From Paragordius varius (Eukaryota > Animalia > Nematomorpha), in assembly GCA_964247055.1 (NCBI GenBank), contig OZ176055.1, forward strand, positions 9,858,001-9,922,000: a stretch of DNA of 64,000 bases, read 5' to 3'. Below the pieces are notes generated by a model. The model had not been told where the DNA came from, did not search any database, and worked only from the letters and a program-made list of their open reading frames with translations. This document shows, one piece after another, positions 13,621 through 25,787 of this stretch. The translations under genes and the position numbers were made by a program. Each line of letters begins with the position of its first letter. The stretch's first letter is position 1.

Positions 13621-14324
13621 TACCATGAGCATGCTGTTCAGATTTTAACTTTTCGGTTGTAAGAGTTTTAACCAAATCAGCCATCCTAAAAGCAATGGTT
13701 TACACCGTCGATTTTTAGAAATCATATGTAAATCCATCGAAAATCCGCATCAACTCATTTTAAATGTGGTGCTTCCGAAAATCACTATACTATGAATATC
13801 TCTTAAAAATCGTAACATAAATCTATTTTTTGGTACGCACTGAGTGTACTATTATAAGAGTTAGCCTTAAACACGACATATTATTTCAAATTTATATTAA
13901 CATTCATATTATAGCCTAAGGTTATTCAAAATTTAAAAGGGTAAATTCAATTAATGTAATTGATTTCATGGAAAAGTATAATGTAAAAGATTGAATATTA
14001 ATACAAAATTTTTGTAGTAATGCCAATTTAAGAGATTTTGGACAAAGGATTTTTGAAAGATTTCCAAGATAAAAAAATTACACTTTTGAATCTTTTTATC
14101 GAGTGTGTAAATATAAAAAATATTTTGTCACATATTGTGTATATTAAATATAATAAAAAAATGTTTTGTAATAATCTACCCATATTCGAGGTATTGTTTG
14201 GACTCCAGGGTAAATCTATATTTTTATATATGTGATGATAAATTTTTCATGAAAACTTTATGATATAATTTTAAATCTTTAATTTGTAAATAATGCTTGA
14301 AAAAGTAAATTAAATATTACCAAT

Positions 14325-17300
14325 ATGAAATTTGATATTTTATTGATTTGTTAGTTTTGTCTGTTGTTTTGTTTTGTGAAAATGTCTCAAATTCCGAAAT
14401 CTATTGGAGATCCAGCTTAATAAGCCAACAGCATCCTTGTAATCGGCCTTGCCATGCATTTACGAAGCCTTTGGAATGCACTTACAATTTTGTGGTCACT
14501 GTTGAACACACAAATTATACGTGTGACAAATGTCAACTTAATACCACCAGCTATTTGTAAGCTTTTATAATATAAAAATAGCATTACACTAGTTTTACTT
14601 TAAATAATAGAATTAAAAAAACTTGCAATAAATCTTTATATAATAGAAAAAGAGCATCGAATGAAATGATTTTAATTTCATTATTTACATGTTAAATTGC
14701 AAACGATTTTAACGTTTTTAAAGAGGGCGTAATGAGCGAATCAAGGCAATGCGCACATATAAATCCAAGCACTTCTGATTGGGATTTTAACCTTTAAAAA
14801 TAACCGGGCGGCTTATAGACACAGATTTTGTTGGTCAGAGTCCTTGAAATACAGGCTTAGTTCTTTCGTTAAAAAAAACTAAGCAAACACCAATCATATT
14901 GTATTAACATTTTCACAATATTAAAAAACGTCATGAATAATTTGATATTAATATATATCATCCAATTATTTTAAAATTCAATTTAAAATAGGATAAAAAC
15001 ATATGTTGAATCCTTTAAACTGATTATTTACAAAAGCAGTCAAAGTCACGGTCATAATGCATTTAGACCCAACCTAATTAGTAATTTTATGACAGATCCG
15101 AAAATATAAGCCTATCTGATTGCCACGGTCAAGAATGTGTGCTAGGAGATGGCTACCAGCGAGTCGTGTATCTTGTAAATAATAGATTCCCTGGACCAGA
15201 TATAACGGTTTATTCTGCGTCTACTCCTCTAATTAACCATAAATTATCGTGAAAGATTTTTTACCTGTTTTAGGTCTGCGAAGGCGATAAAATCGTAGTT
15301 TATGTGAACAATTCCATCTTGAATGAAGAAGCTATCACGATTCATTGGCATGGAATGCATCAAATCGGAACGCCTCACATGGATGGAACACCAATGGTTA
15401 CTCAGTGTCCCATTTTAAAGGGTAAATATTACATTAACTAATTTGTATGATCTCAAAAATGCTTGATTGTTTTCTTATGTTTTTATTTGCATCTACCATT
15501 TCAGAAATCGCTATAAAAATTTAGCTTTTACATTTCAAGTCTCGAAGATTAATTAATGTATTATTGTATTGCTTTTTATTTCAAGCAATTAAATATTTTT
15601 ACGAATGTTAATTAGGAGGTATTTTCCGTTATGAATTTTCCGCAAACCCTGGAGGTACAGCCTTTTGGCATTCACATACAGCGTTTTTGAGGGCGGATGG
15701 TTTAGTTGGTCCTTTGATTGTACGAAAACGCATTCAACATATACCTAAATGGTTTGAGGAAAAATTTTATTTTAATTCAAAATCTTTTGACAAATTGCCA
15801 TTGATTCCAACTATAACTCCGATCCAAAATGAAATATATGATAAGGTTTTTTTCTCTATGATCAAATATTATTATTGAAATGAATAACATTTAACATTTT
15901 TTTGCCAATGCATCATTTAGCGCCAATCATCCTCAACTTTTACTCTCTCTCAAAACAATAATACGTATTCCAAAATCAAGTATAGAAGTTTTTATCGAAA
16001 GAGACAAAAACATCAAGTTTGCTTACGAGAGTATGCCCAACATTTATTTGCTCAGGATCAGGACAATGTTATTATCGTGCAAGAATGGAAACATGATATA
16101 AGCCTAGTGGATTACATGCTAATAGATGCAAAAGCCAAATGCCTCGTAATTAATGGACGGAAAGGAACGCCTAAATCTCCACCCGCTATAACGGTCATTA
16201 ATCGCAAAAATTATTTTGGAGGCGCTAATAAATTGGACAAATGTCCTGACGAAGCAAACAACTGTCAAGATGACATGCCATGGCTTCGAATAATTAGCAA
16301 TGGGTTTCTTTCATGTCCCATACAAGCACATTTAGAGGGACACAGGTAGGTTGTTTAATTTATTATATATTTGATCATTCTAAACAAAAAAATGTTTGCT
16401 ATACAATCTTCTCACATGTGTAATATTTATTTTTTGGGTACGCTAATTTTTTCAATCAAACATAGGCTCAAATTAATTGCTTTGGATGGGATTGAGTTGG
16501 AAGATGCTCCAATATTTGATATATTAACCATATTCCCGGGTGAGCGATTAGATGTCCAACTGATCCAAACTGATTCCCCTCCCAGAGAACAACGACCGCC
16601 AAGCGTAGAATGGGAGAGTTTCGCATTGCATTGGATTTCTCACGGCGATTGCCTTGTTAAAGGTATTCATGCAAATGCAACATCATACATCGTTTATCGA
16701 AACCAGGATATCACAAATAGCCATATTGAACAAGATGTATATGATGATGACTATGAGGATTGTAATGGAGAAATCATGACAGTAACAGCAACAACAAGTC
16801 CACAAAACAATTTCGATCAACTTTTACAGAGTGTTATGGAAATGAATTTGAACCCGTCGTCCAACATACCGAATAAGGCGTTTGATTGGCAAGTTGCGCT
16901 GAATACATCAATAGTATATATCTTTCTTGAAATTAAATAAATTATACAACTTATTTTATTTATAGCAATTTTACATCGTTTGTAGATTTTTAACCCAACA
17001 CATATGGAAGATATTAATCAAAATAATCGGTATATCCGATTAAATGACATACAGCCTCTCAAAAAATCGAAAATAATTTATGATAATATAAAATCTCTTT
17101 CAAATTTGGCGCAAGATATGCTTGTGGTGGACCATAAAATATTTTTGTTTGTGGATAGTCCAATCATATATGAAAGTAAGTTTGTATCTTGACATTTTAA
17201 TAATATGCTTTCATTTTATAGTATTATCGCTTTTATTTTTAATTAACACAGACATGCCAATTTTCAATAACATTTCTTATCGGGCTCCAAGTCACCCGCT

Positions 17301-17626
17301 CCTGACACAATTTTCCCAAATCGATAAAAAGCAATTCTGTAATTACGAGACTCACCCGCATTGCAAATATGAATTCTGCCCCTGTACTCACCTCTATAAC
17401 ATACTGTTGGGGACAGTTATTGAGCTCATATTAGTAGACGAAGGTAAAACCATCATTTAAAGGCATTAATTATTTTCTGTTTAATGTAAAGGTGTATGTT
17501 ACAGTAAAGAATCAATACGGACAAAACGTAAAATATAAAGACAAATATTTTTTTTTAAAACACAACCAAACCATTATAAATCTTGATTTATTTCATTATA
17601 ACTCATTGTTTTAAATGGCAAAGTAT

Positions 17627-17657
<31 letters not shown>

Positions 17658-19345
17658 TACTAACACAATCAATTCAATATTTTACATTTGTAATTAAATA
17701 GCTTATGTGGGACACATTAAGGTTAAAAGTATGGTTGTCTTTTTTAAAAAATTATATGTCTTTATATTTTTACGTAATGTCTGCATAATTTCGATTCTTA
17801 TTAATGTAATATCTTTTAGGGCTAAATGGTGAATATGATATCCATTCAGTACACTTACATGGTGGCTATTTCATCGTTTTGGCTCAAGAAAAAATGGGTC
17901 CCAATGTCACGATTGAGAGGGTTAATTATTTATTTTTTGATTTGATGGAATTCGAATTACACAAAAGCGATTGAAATCACAAATATATAAAAATCATAAT
18001 TTATTAAAATATTTCGAAAAGAAATATTAACAAAATTGTAATATGGTAACCTAATAATGGAATATAAGATTTAACACTCAATAACAATTTTAGTAAATTA
18101 TAAACTTTATTAAAATAAAAAACGTATCGGTAAGCCAATCATTTAATTATAATTATCTTAAAAATAATCATTTTAATGATTTTTACTATATTTTTATACA
18201 TTTTGCGGATCTCACGGGGCTTGCGAGTCGCAAAATTGGCTTTAAACTAATGTAATCAATTTATTTGTCTATCTTAATATTCTAATCTAAAATATATTAT
18301 ATTGGGGAAAATAATACGTTAACTTGGTGAGCATGAAACAAATTTTGAATGTTTTCATGACTGTTTAATCCCAGAATACCGATATTAAGGTTCCATTTGA
18401 AGGCGTCTACATAAGTGTTTTATTTTAACTTTGAAATTAATAAATTTCTTTCGCCACAGATAAAATTGTTGGATGAGAATGGGAAACTAAGGCGCAATTA
18501 TACGCATTACAGTGTGAAGGATTCTGTCTCAATCCCAGAAGGTGGCTATACTATTGTGCGCTTTAGGGCCGACAATCCAGGTTTCTTTTTCCCCACTTAT
18601 ATAATTATTTTATATGCCACATTTATTACAAAACTGGTAATTTCGCTGTATTACAAATAAACTTTTATTTATAAAAGGGGCTAAAATGGTTTTAATTAAA
18701 AAAATAATTTAAATATGTATATCCGATTCTCATTTTATTATTTTGCGAATCGGAACGATAGGTTTAATTAAGTCAATTTTAGAAGTGGGGGTAAAAATGT
18801 TTGTCATTTAGCTTTTGTATTTTTTCTTTGTGATTACTATTATTCCTATATTTTACAATTGTAATTCAATGATTTTTATAGGATAAAATCAGGTTCAAAA
18901 AAGTATGGTTGTCACTTAAAAAATCTTTATATTTTTACATTTTGTCCGTATAATTACAATTTTTACTGTATATATGACTGTATTATATATCCCAATCACA
19001 GCGTGGGGTTGAACACAGGAACTAATTCAATTAACGGGTGCATCTATAAATCATTAAATAAAATCGTATAATAAACTATAATAATCTCATAATTCTCAGG
19101 AAATTGTGTTTTCAAGATGATATCATAAAAATGACTATTATCGTAACTTTAAAAAAAGATTCGTATTTTATTAAATTTATGCTTTAAATTTAGGCTTTTG
19201 GATGTTTCACTGTCATTTACACTTTCATTTGTTCCAAGGAATGGCTGTCGTTTTCCAGATAGGAAATATCACTCAAATGAGACCAGCACCCTCTAACTTT
19301 CCTCAATGTGGACCCTGGCTTTCATCTTATCCATCTCATCTTTAA
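14325..19345 (+). CDS. Multicopper oxidase (laccase/ascorbate oxidase-like, animal MCO type), paralog A, 11 exons
   Basis: Exons 14325-14556, 15096-15207, 15274-15421, 15616-15845, 15921-16345, 16466-16913, 16986-17175, 17252-17443, 17820-17920, 18460-18580, 19194-19345; all GT-AG and phase-compatible. Copper motifs IHWHG, FWHSH, HSVHLHG and [12 protein letters not shown]; N-terminal CNRPC; C-terminal FPQCG. An apparent 1-nt frameshift at ~14346-14348 lies in the signal peptide. Confidence 0.93.
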
Positions 19346-19885
19346 AATTCTAAAAACACACCGTCATAATTTGTAAATTTTCTACAAAATTGTGAATAAA
19401 CTTGCGATATATATACCTATTGTATTTATATGATCAAGAAAGTATTGTTATTAAAAGGTATTTCATTTTGAGCACCTAAGATTTAAAAATAATTTTAAGT
19501 TAATTGGTAAATTAGCATTATTAGTTCTTTGGCGTTTTATATCCCTAAGATGTGATTTTTTATAGAAATATCATCATTTATTGGTAATGGATTGATTGAG
19601 TTATCACATGTCTGATGAGACGGATATTTGTATAACATTGTATGACAAAATATATGGGCTCATTTAAAAACATAAAATGTACATATTTTGTGTCTCTTTT
19701 CAAATGAGAGGACAATGCGACAAAATTAAAAGTAATACTTAATAAATTCAAAGAGCCATTCCATATATGTAATGTAATTAAACGATTTAAATGACGTATA
19801 ATTGTTAAATAATATGAGTGTAATTTGTAAATTAAAATAATAAATTATCCCATCATGGAGGTAATGTAGGCTTATTCATATAATT

Positions 19886-22800
19886 CTAAGGTCGAAAGGT
19901 AGCCCATCTAAATTCATGGAGTTTGTGATTGGGTATGTATCGACTCCGCTTGCCAAATTCCGGATTAAAAAGATGGTCAGTTTCAGCAGGCGTCCAAGAA
20001 CCACATTTAGGGAAATCTTTGGGTAGAGGAGGCATATCTCCTACATGTCCAACTTTAAAGATCAAGGCCATTCCTTTAATAAAATGGAAATCCAGATGGC
20101 AATGGAGCATCCAAAACCCTATATAAATGGATGGATTATGGTAGTAAAAAATATCAAAATTACCTGGATTATCCGCTTTGATACGAACGATGGTGTAACC
20201 GCCTTCTGGGATGGCAACCGAATCTTTGATTGCATAATGAGTGAAATTCCTCATTAATTTCCCAGCTCTGTCTCCAACCTTTACCTGTTTTCATAGAAAT
20301 ATCATCCATCCATATAGATATTTTAGTAATTAACTTTAACCAATATTTATGCACATACCGATTTTGTCGTAATTTTTTTTGCTAGTTTTTCTTGACCCAA
20401 AACGACCATATGATGGCCATGTAAATGGACGGAGTGGATATCATATTCTCCATTTAAACCTAAACAACAAATCGCAAACATATAATAAATGTTTTACTTT
20501 ACGCGATCATATTTTAAGAAGATATAAATGAATAATGCGAATAACCTTCATCTATCAAAACTAATTCGACGACGGATCCAAGCGGAATGTCATATATGTG
20601 AGTACAAGAGCAAAATTCTACCTTGCATTTGGGCAGAGTATTTAGATTGCATAATTCATCATTCGGTATCTGATAGTATTGGCTAAGTAAGGGGGCACTT
20701 GGAGGTCGATATGAAATGTTATTGAACATAGGTATATCTGTGCCAAAAATGCAGATTAATTTATAATATATATATTGTGTAAAAAACAAGTAACAAACCT
20801 TCATCAATCAGAAAACTGTCAGAGAAAAGATAAAGCTTATAATCGACTTGAGTATCAGGCTTGGCAAGAAAATTAATTGGTCCGTTTTGGCTGATGTTAT
20901 TGGAAAAGTGTTGGGAATTCAATTCGTTTAGGCGAACGTACCGAACATTAGTGTTAAAATCTTCCATATGTACCGGATTAAACACCTATAATATATGTAT
21001 AAATTAGATAACCAACCAAAACCAACCTTCAAAGTAGATAATGCCGCGTTCCAATCAAACGAATCGGAATTTCGTCTGAGCCAATCGTATTCCGAATCCT
21101 CGAGAACGGTTTCATTGTTTTGAGTGTAAATGACATATGAGGTTGCATTAGCATGAACACCGTCGATTATACAATCGCCATGACCAATCCAACGCAAAGC
21201 ATACGTTACAAGTTGAGCAGATTCAGAACTTTCATCCGTTTCTATCAATTCCACGTCAAACCTTTCCCCGCCAAATATGGTAAGAATATCGAATTCTGGT
21301 CCAGATTCTATCAAGTTTCCATCGGTGGCCAACAATTTGAATCTTTTAAAATATAATTATATATATTTAATATCTCCTCGCTAATTAAAGTACGTCAACA
21401 ATTATTATTATCGAATCGATATACCTATGTCCTTCCAACTGCGCTTGTATGGGACAAAATAAAAAGCCATTGCTTATAATTCGGATCCATGGTCTTTCAT
21501 GATATCGGTTAAGAGATGCATTGCTTGAATCATTAGCGGATGCTGGTGGATATTTAATGAAATTTTGTCGGTTAATGACCGTTATAGCTGGTGGAGACAA
21601 GGGTGTTCCTTGACGTCCATTTACTAATAGGCTCGGAGCATCTTCATTATCATGGAGATAGTGGATAGGACTTAATTCATGTTTCCATTCTTGTACCATA
21701 AGCACATTACTTTGGTCTTGATCCAGTGTGTGCTGGGCAAAAGCTTTAAGAATTTTTTTGCAGGGTTTTATAAAATCTGTTTTTTTGGAAATCAATGGTT
21801 CTTTTGGCTTTATTTTAATTTCAGGTGAGGCAACAATGGTTGGGTTGGTATTTTTATCTCTAATCAGGTTCCCAGATAACAATCTTTTCTCCTGTTTTTT
21901 GATTCGGTTTGTGGCGATTTCTTGTGCTTTTTGACTAGGACGTTGTGTATACTGCACATACATAATAACAAAATGATTCATTATAATTTTAAGAAAATAT
22001 CAATCAAAGTTCTCATACATTTTTGTAGTACTGGGCCATTTGAGATGGTTTTTTAGGTGAAGAATTTTTTATCCCAGTTTTTTCATCCTCCACGTGTCGT
22101 TTATTACATTTAGGTTTTGGGGTTACGGGTTCACTTGGTTTAGGGGCATTTTTTGCCTCATAATCTGCATTGAAAGCATCGGCATATCCCTGAGGCACGA
22201 GACTAATGCGCTTTCTCACAATCAAGGGACCGACGACTCCTTCAGCTCTAAGGAAGCCAGTATGTGCGTGCCAAAATGTGGTACCAGGTGGATTGGCCAT
22301 AAAATCATAACGAAAAGTTGAACCTATTTGATTAAATCATGCGCATAAAACGAGTCAAATAATTGATTGATTGATTAATTGATTTTACTAATCAATGAAA
22401 GAGTCAGTACTTACCTTGCAAAATTGGACATTGTGTCACCATAGGTGTGCCATCCATGTGCGGCGTTCCAACCTGATGAATTCCGTGCCAATGTATAGTC
22501 AACACTTCGCCACTCAAAATGGCATTCGTAACGTAAACGACGATTTGATCGCCTTCACACACCTAAACATTCATTTGGAAGCAAACAAATAAATTAATAA
22601 ATAACATTAAAATAGTTGGACATCATCTCTACTAATGACTTAAACTTTGCAACATTGTTTCATGATATATCAAAATGTGGAAAGAGTCTCATATATGAAA
22701 AATAAGAAAACAAAGCTATAATACATTAGTATATTTAATTATATATCATGCAGAAAAATTAGCTGTTTGTTCCGCTAAATAAACTTTTTGTAATCGCACT

Positions 22801-23832
22801 TTTATTTTTTTAAGCCAAAAATTTTCAACTGTTTAAATGTATATTTACTTTGATTTAAATGGCATTCAAAAGTCTTATTTATCTGATATTATTTTTGTCA
22901 ACACAAAACAAGTAAAATATAATTTATGCACCATTTTTACGATAAAATCGCTTTTTAATGTTCAGACAATCGGAACGTATTTTAATTATTAAGATTGAAG
23001 TTGTATATGGGCAAAATATTGATAAATCTTGCCTTTTCAAAATACTAACCGTAATATCTGGACCTGGGAACTGATTATTTACCAAATAAACTGCTCTTTC
23101 ATGACCATCTCCCACGACACATTTATTCCCCATGCAAACTGATGTCTTATTTTCAAACTCTTCACTGCTAAATCAAAAAATAAATTTTGCGAATTCTCAA
23201 GTATTCACTGTAAATCTAATTATTTTGGTTATTATTTTTATTATCAAAGTGATGTAACCTCTCTATTACAATCACATTTAGCTATAGATATAAATAAATA
23301 TTTTTTCACATTAATGACTAAGGTTGATATTACAAAAATGTCAAACAAACTTTGAAACAGTGGGACAATCTTTACACGTAAACTTTGTGTGTTCCATGGT
23401 GACTTGGAAATCGTAACGACAAACCATTTGAGGAGTGTAAGCATGACAAGGTCTGTTGCAAGGATGGACATTTGTCTCAAAACTCGACCTCCACACACTT
23501 TTATCCGATGTCACAAATTTTACGGGTAAAACAAAAACTGCTAACCAAATTACTGTGTAAAAAAATGGAAATCAAATTAAAACGTAAAAAAGATAGGTAT
23601 TTTTTCAAAAAAACCAAATACTTTTAAACCTAAATTGGTATTAACTACGAATTCCAAATAAATTGAAAATGGTACCAATTATCTATATTTTCTCTTTTTC
23701 TGTCCAAAAAGTTGATGTTATTTAAATATCAAGAAAATAAAATTTCTTTTAAAAAAAAATATTTGTGTCTTTTAATTTTCACGTTTAATATGTATGAATT
23801 CGATATTTACTTACATATAATATTTTTTTCAC
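19886..23832 (-). CDS. Multicopper oxidase, paralog B, 11-12 exons, convergent with paralog A
   Basis: Exons (-) [23832-23811 inferred], 23552-23351, 23167-23050, 22562-22415, 22323-22019, 21951-21425, 21342-21027, 20985-20799, 20737-20546, 20459-20359, 20284-20164, 20118-19886. Motifs IHWHG, FWHAH, HSVHLHG and [12 protein letters not shown]. Internal intron positions and phases match paralog A. The start codon is uncertain. Confidence 0.92.
23553..23811. mobile_element. Family M2 MITE inserted in the first coding region of MCO-B
   Basis: Left end TA|CTGTGTAAAAAAATGGAAATCAAATTAAAACGTAAAAA and right end ...TATTTGTGTCTTTTAATTTTCACGTTT...ATTTACT|TA align with the M2 consensus ends; TA on both flanks. 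Confidence 0.7.
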
Positions 23833-24145
23833 CAATTTTGTATAAATTATATTAATTAAAACTGAAAGGGCGGAATGATTTGTTCTCAAAAGTATCAATT
23901 AAATATTTTCCCTAATAGTAAATAAAAATAATGTTTATAGATATATTGCCGGAAAAACCTTAAAAAAAGTCATAGAGTTATGAGTTTGTGATATAATTGG
24001 AAAAACAAAGGTGATTAATATATGCACGGCTTTGATTATGAAAGGATTTATATCTACAATTGATTTTATCATATGTTTATGCTTAAAATAAATTTATTGA
24101 TAACAAATTGTTTATAATCAGAAACTATTGGAATAATTTAATCCC

Positions 24146-24182
<37 letters not shown>

Positions 24183-25787
24183 TACCGTAGAAAACGAAAT
24201 GGAATAGAAATATTCTCGTTGTTGTTCCCATTTTCACAAATTAATTTTTATCGCTATAAACTTTATGAATAAAACAGAAATGTCTATTATTGCCAATTTA
24301 AGAAAAATTCTTAATGTCCTGTTTGGTTAAAAAAATTAAAACAAAAATATAAAGTATTTGGCAATATTATTAATATTTTGTTTTTTAAAACAAAACAAGA
24401 AGACAAGTGTCGAAATAAAAATACCCAAATATTTCAGCTTTTATAATTTTTTATAAATAAAATAATTTATGTAAATATGTGTAATTTCGATTTCGATGTA
24501 AAGAAGGGAATACAAAACTACTCTTATGAATTAATTATATATTTATATATAATATATAAATCTATTTTTATTACATTTATTTTTTAGAAAGACTGGATTT
24601 AATAGTTTTTACCTTTCGAAACAGTCAACATAACAAGTCGCTTGAACTTTAATACCTATATCTATATAAGAGGGGGAAAAATTATTTTTATATGCCCAAA
24701 GGCCAAAATTGTTTGAATTTATTTGATATTTACCTTTTTTTTCGATTCAAATTCAATATTTATTTATTCAAACTTAACAAATTTTGTATCATACCCAAAA
24801 AGTTTAGACCCAAACTTAAGATATTTTACAAGGCAAAACTTTTTTAATTAAACCTATTGACACAAAAATTATTGATTAAATAACTTATTTTAAAAATTTT
24901 GAAACTTTCCAATTTCACAAATGGTTTTTTATACGTTTTAAAAGATTAAATTGTAATTAGAATAATCTTAAAATATGTATTTTATTGCTATAAATGAATG
25001 TATATATGATCCAAATATGCCTTTATTTTAAATATAGAAATATGAAATGAGAAATAATTTGTTAAAATATCAAATCGCGAATTAAAATTAAGCGACTTCT
25101 TAAACATTTAAAGTTGCAATGTTTAATAAATATGAATTTGAATTAGAAGTGCTGAAATCGGGAAAGTTTTCAATTTAAATTATTCAATGTTGATATAAGA
25201 TTAATAATTTATTTGGTAAAAATTTATTAATAAAAGAACATAATATACAGTAAAATTTGGTAAATAATGTTAAGGTTAAAAATAGAAATTTTATAAAAAA
25301 AAATTTATTACATTCACTTATTATAAATATACAAAACAAATAAGATGAAAATTGGTAAATATCTTCATAAATACATGAATAAAGTAATAAAACAGTGTGT
25401 GGTATAAAAATGTGCACAGTTTTTGAACCAAATATTTAAAATATCACCCAAAAAGTGTAATTTAAACATAGACAGACACATTAATAATTTATGCATATAT
25501 TTCTTTTCTTCAATGTAGACCTCTAAAATAATGGCAAATCCACGACGACACGAAAAATACCCTATTTTTTGTCTAATATTGCTACATATGTGCGTATGTT
25601 TTGAACCCGTAGTAATTCGAAGACCCTTGGGGGAATTATTGAGATTTTATGGTTTTTTTGTATATCAACCAGGTGCAATATATGTAAGTACACCTCACAT
25701 ATATATGGAATATCTGAGTAAAAATTTGAGAATTATTACTAAAACTAAAATTTGGGCGACTAAAATAAATGCATGTCCAGTTTCTAA

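Noticed and set aside
18200-18236. Small GC-rich imperfect hairpin as a Helitron 3' end or terminator
   Set aside because: No CTRR terminus at the expected distance and no second copy seen.
19929-22592. Plus-strand ORFs over MCO-B (19929, 20045, 21153, 21728, 22094, 22395)
   Set aside because: They are antisense shadows of MCO-B exons with no independent motifs.
14325-23832. Horizontal transfer of the laccase-like genes from fungi or bacteria
   Set aside because: Both have the animal-type N-terminal CxRxC region and C-terminal FPxCG, ten shared introns and host-like composition.
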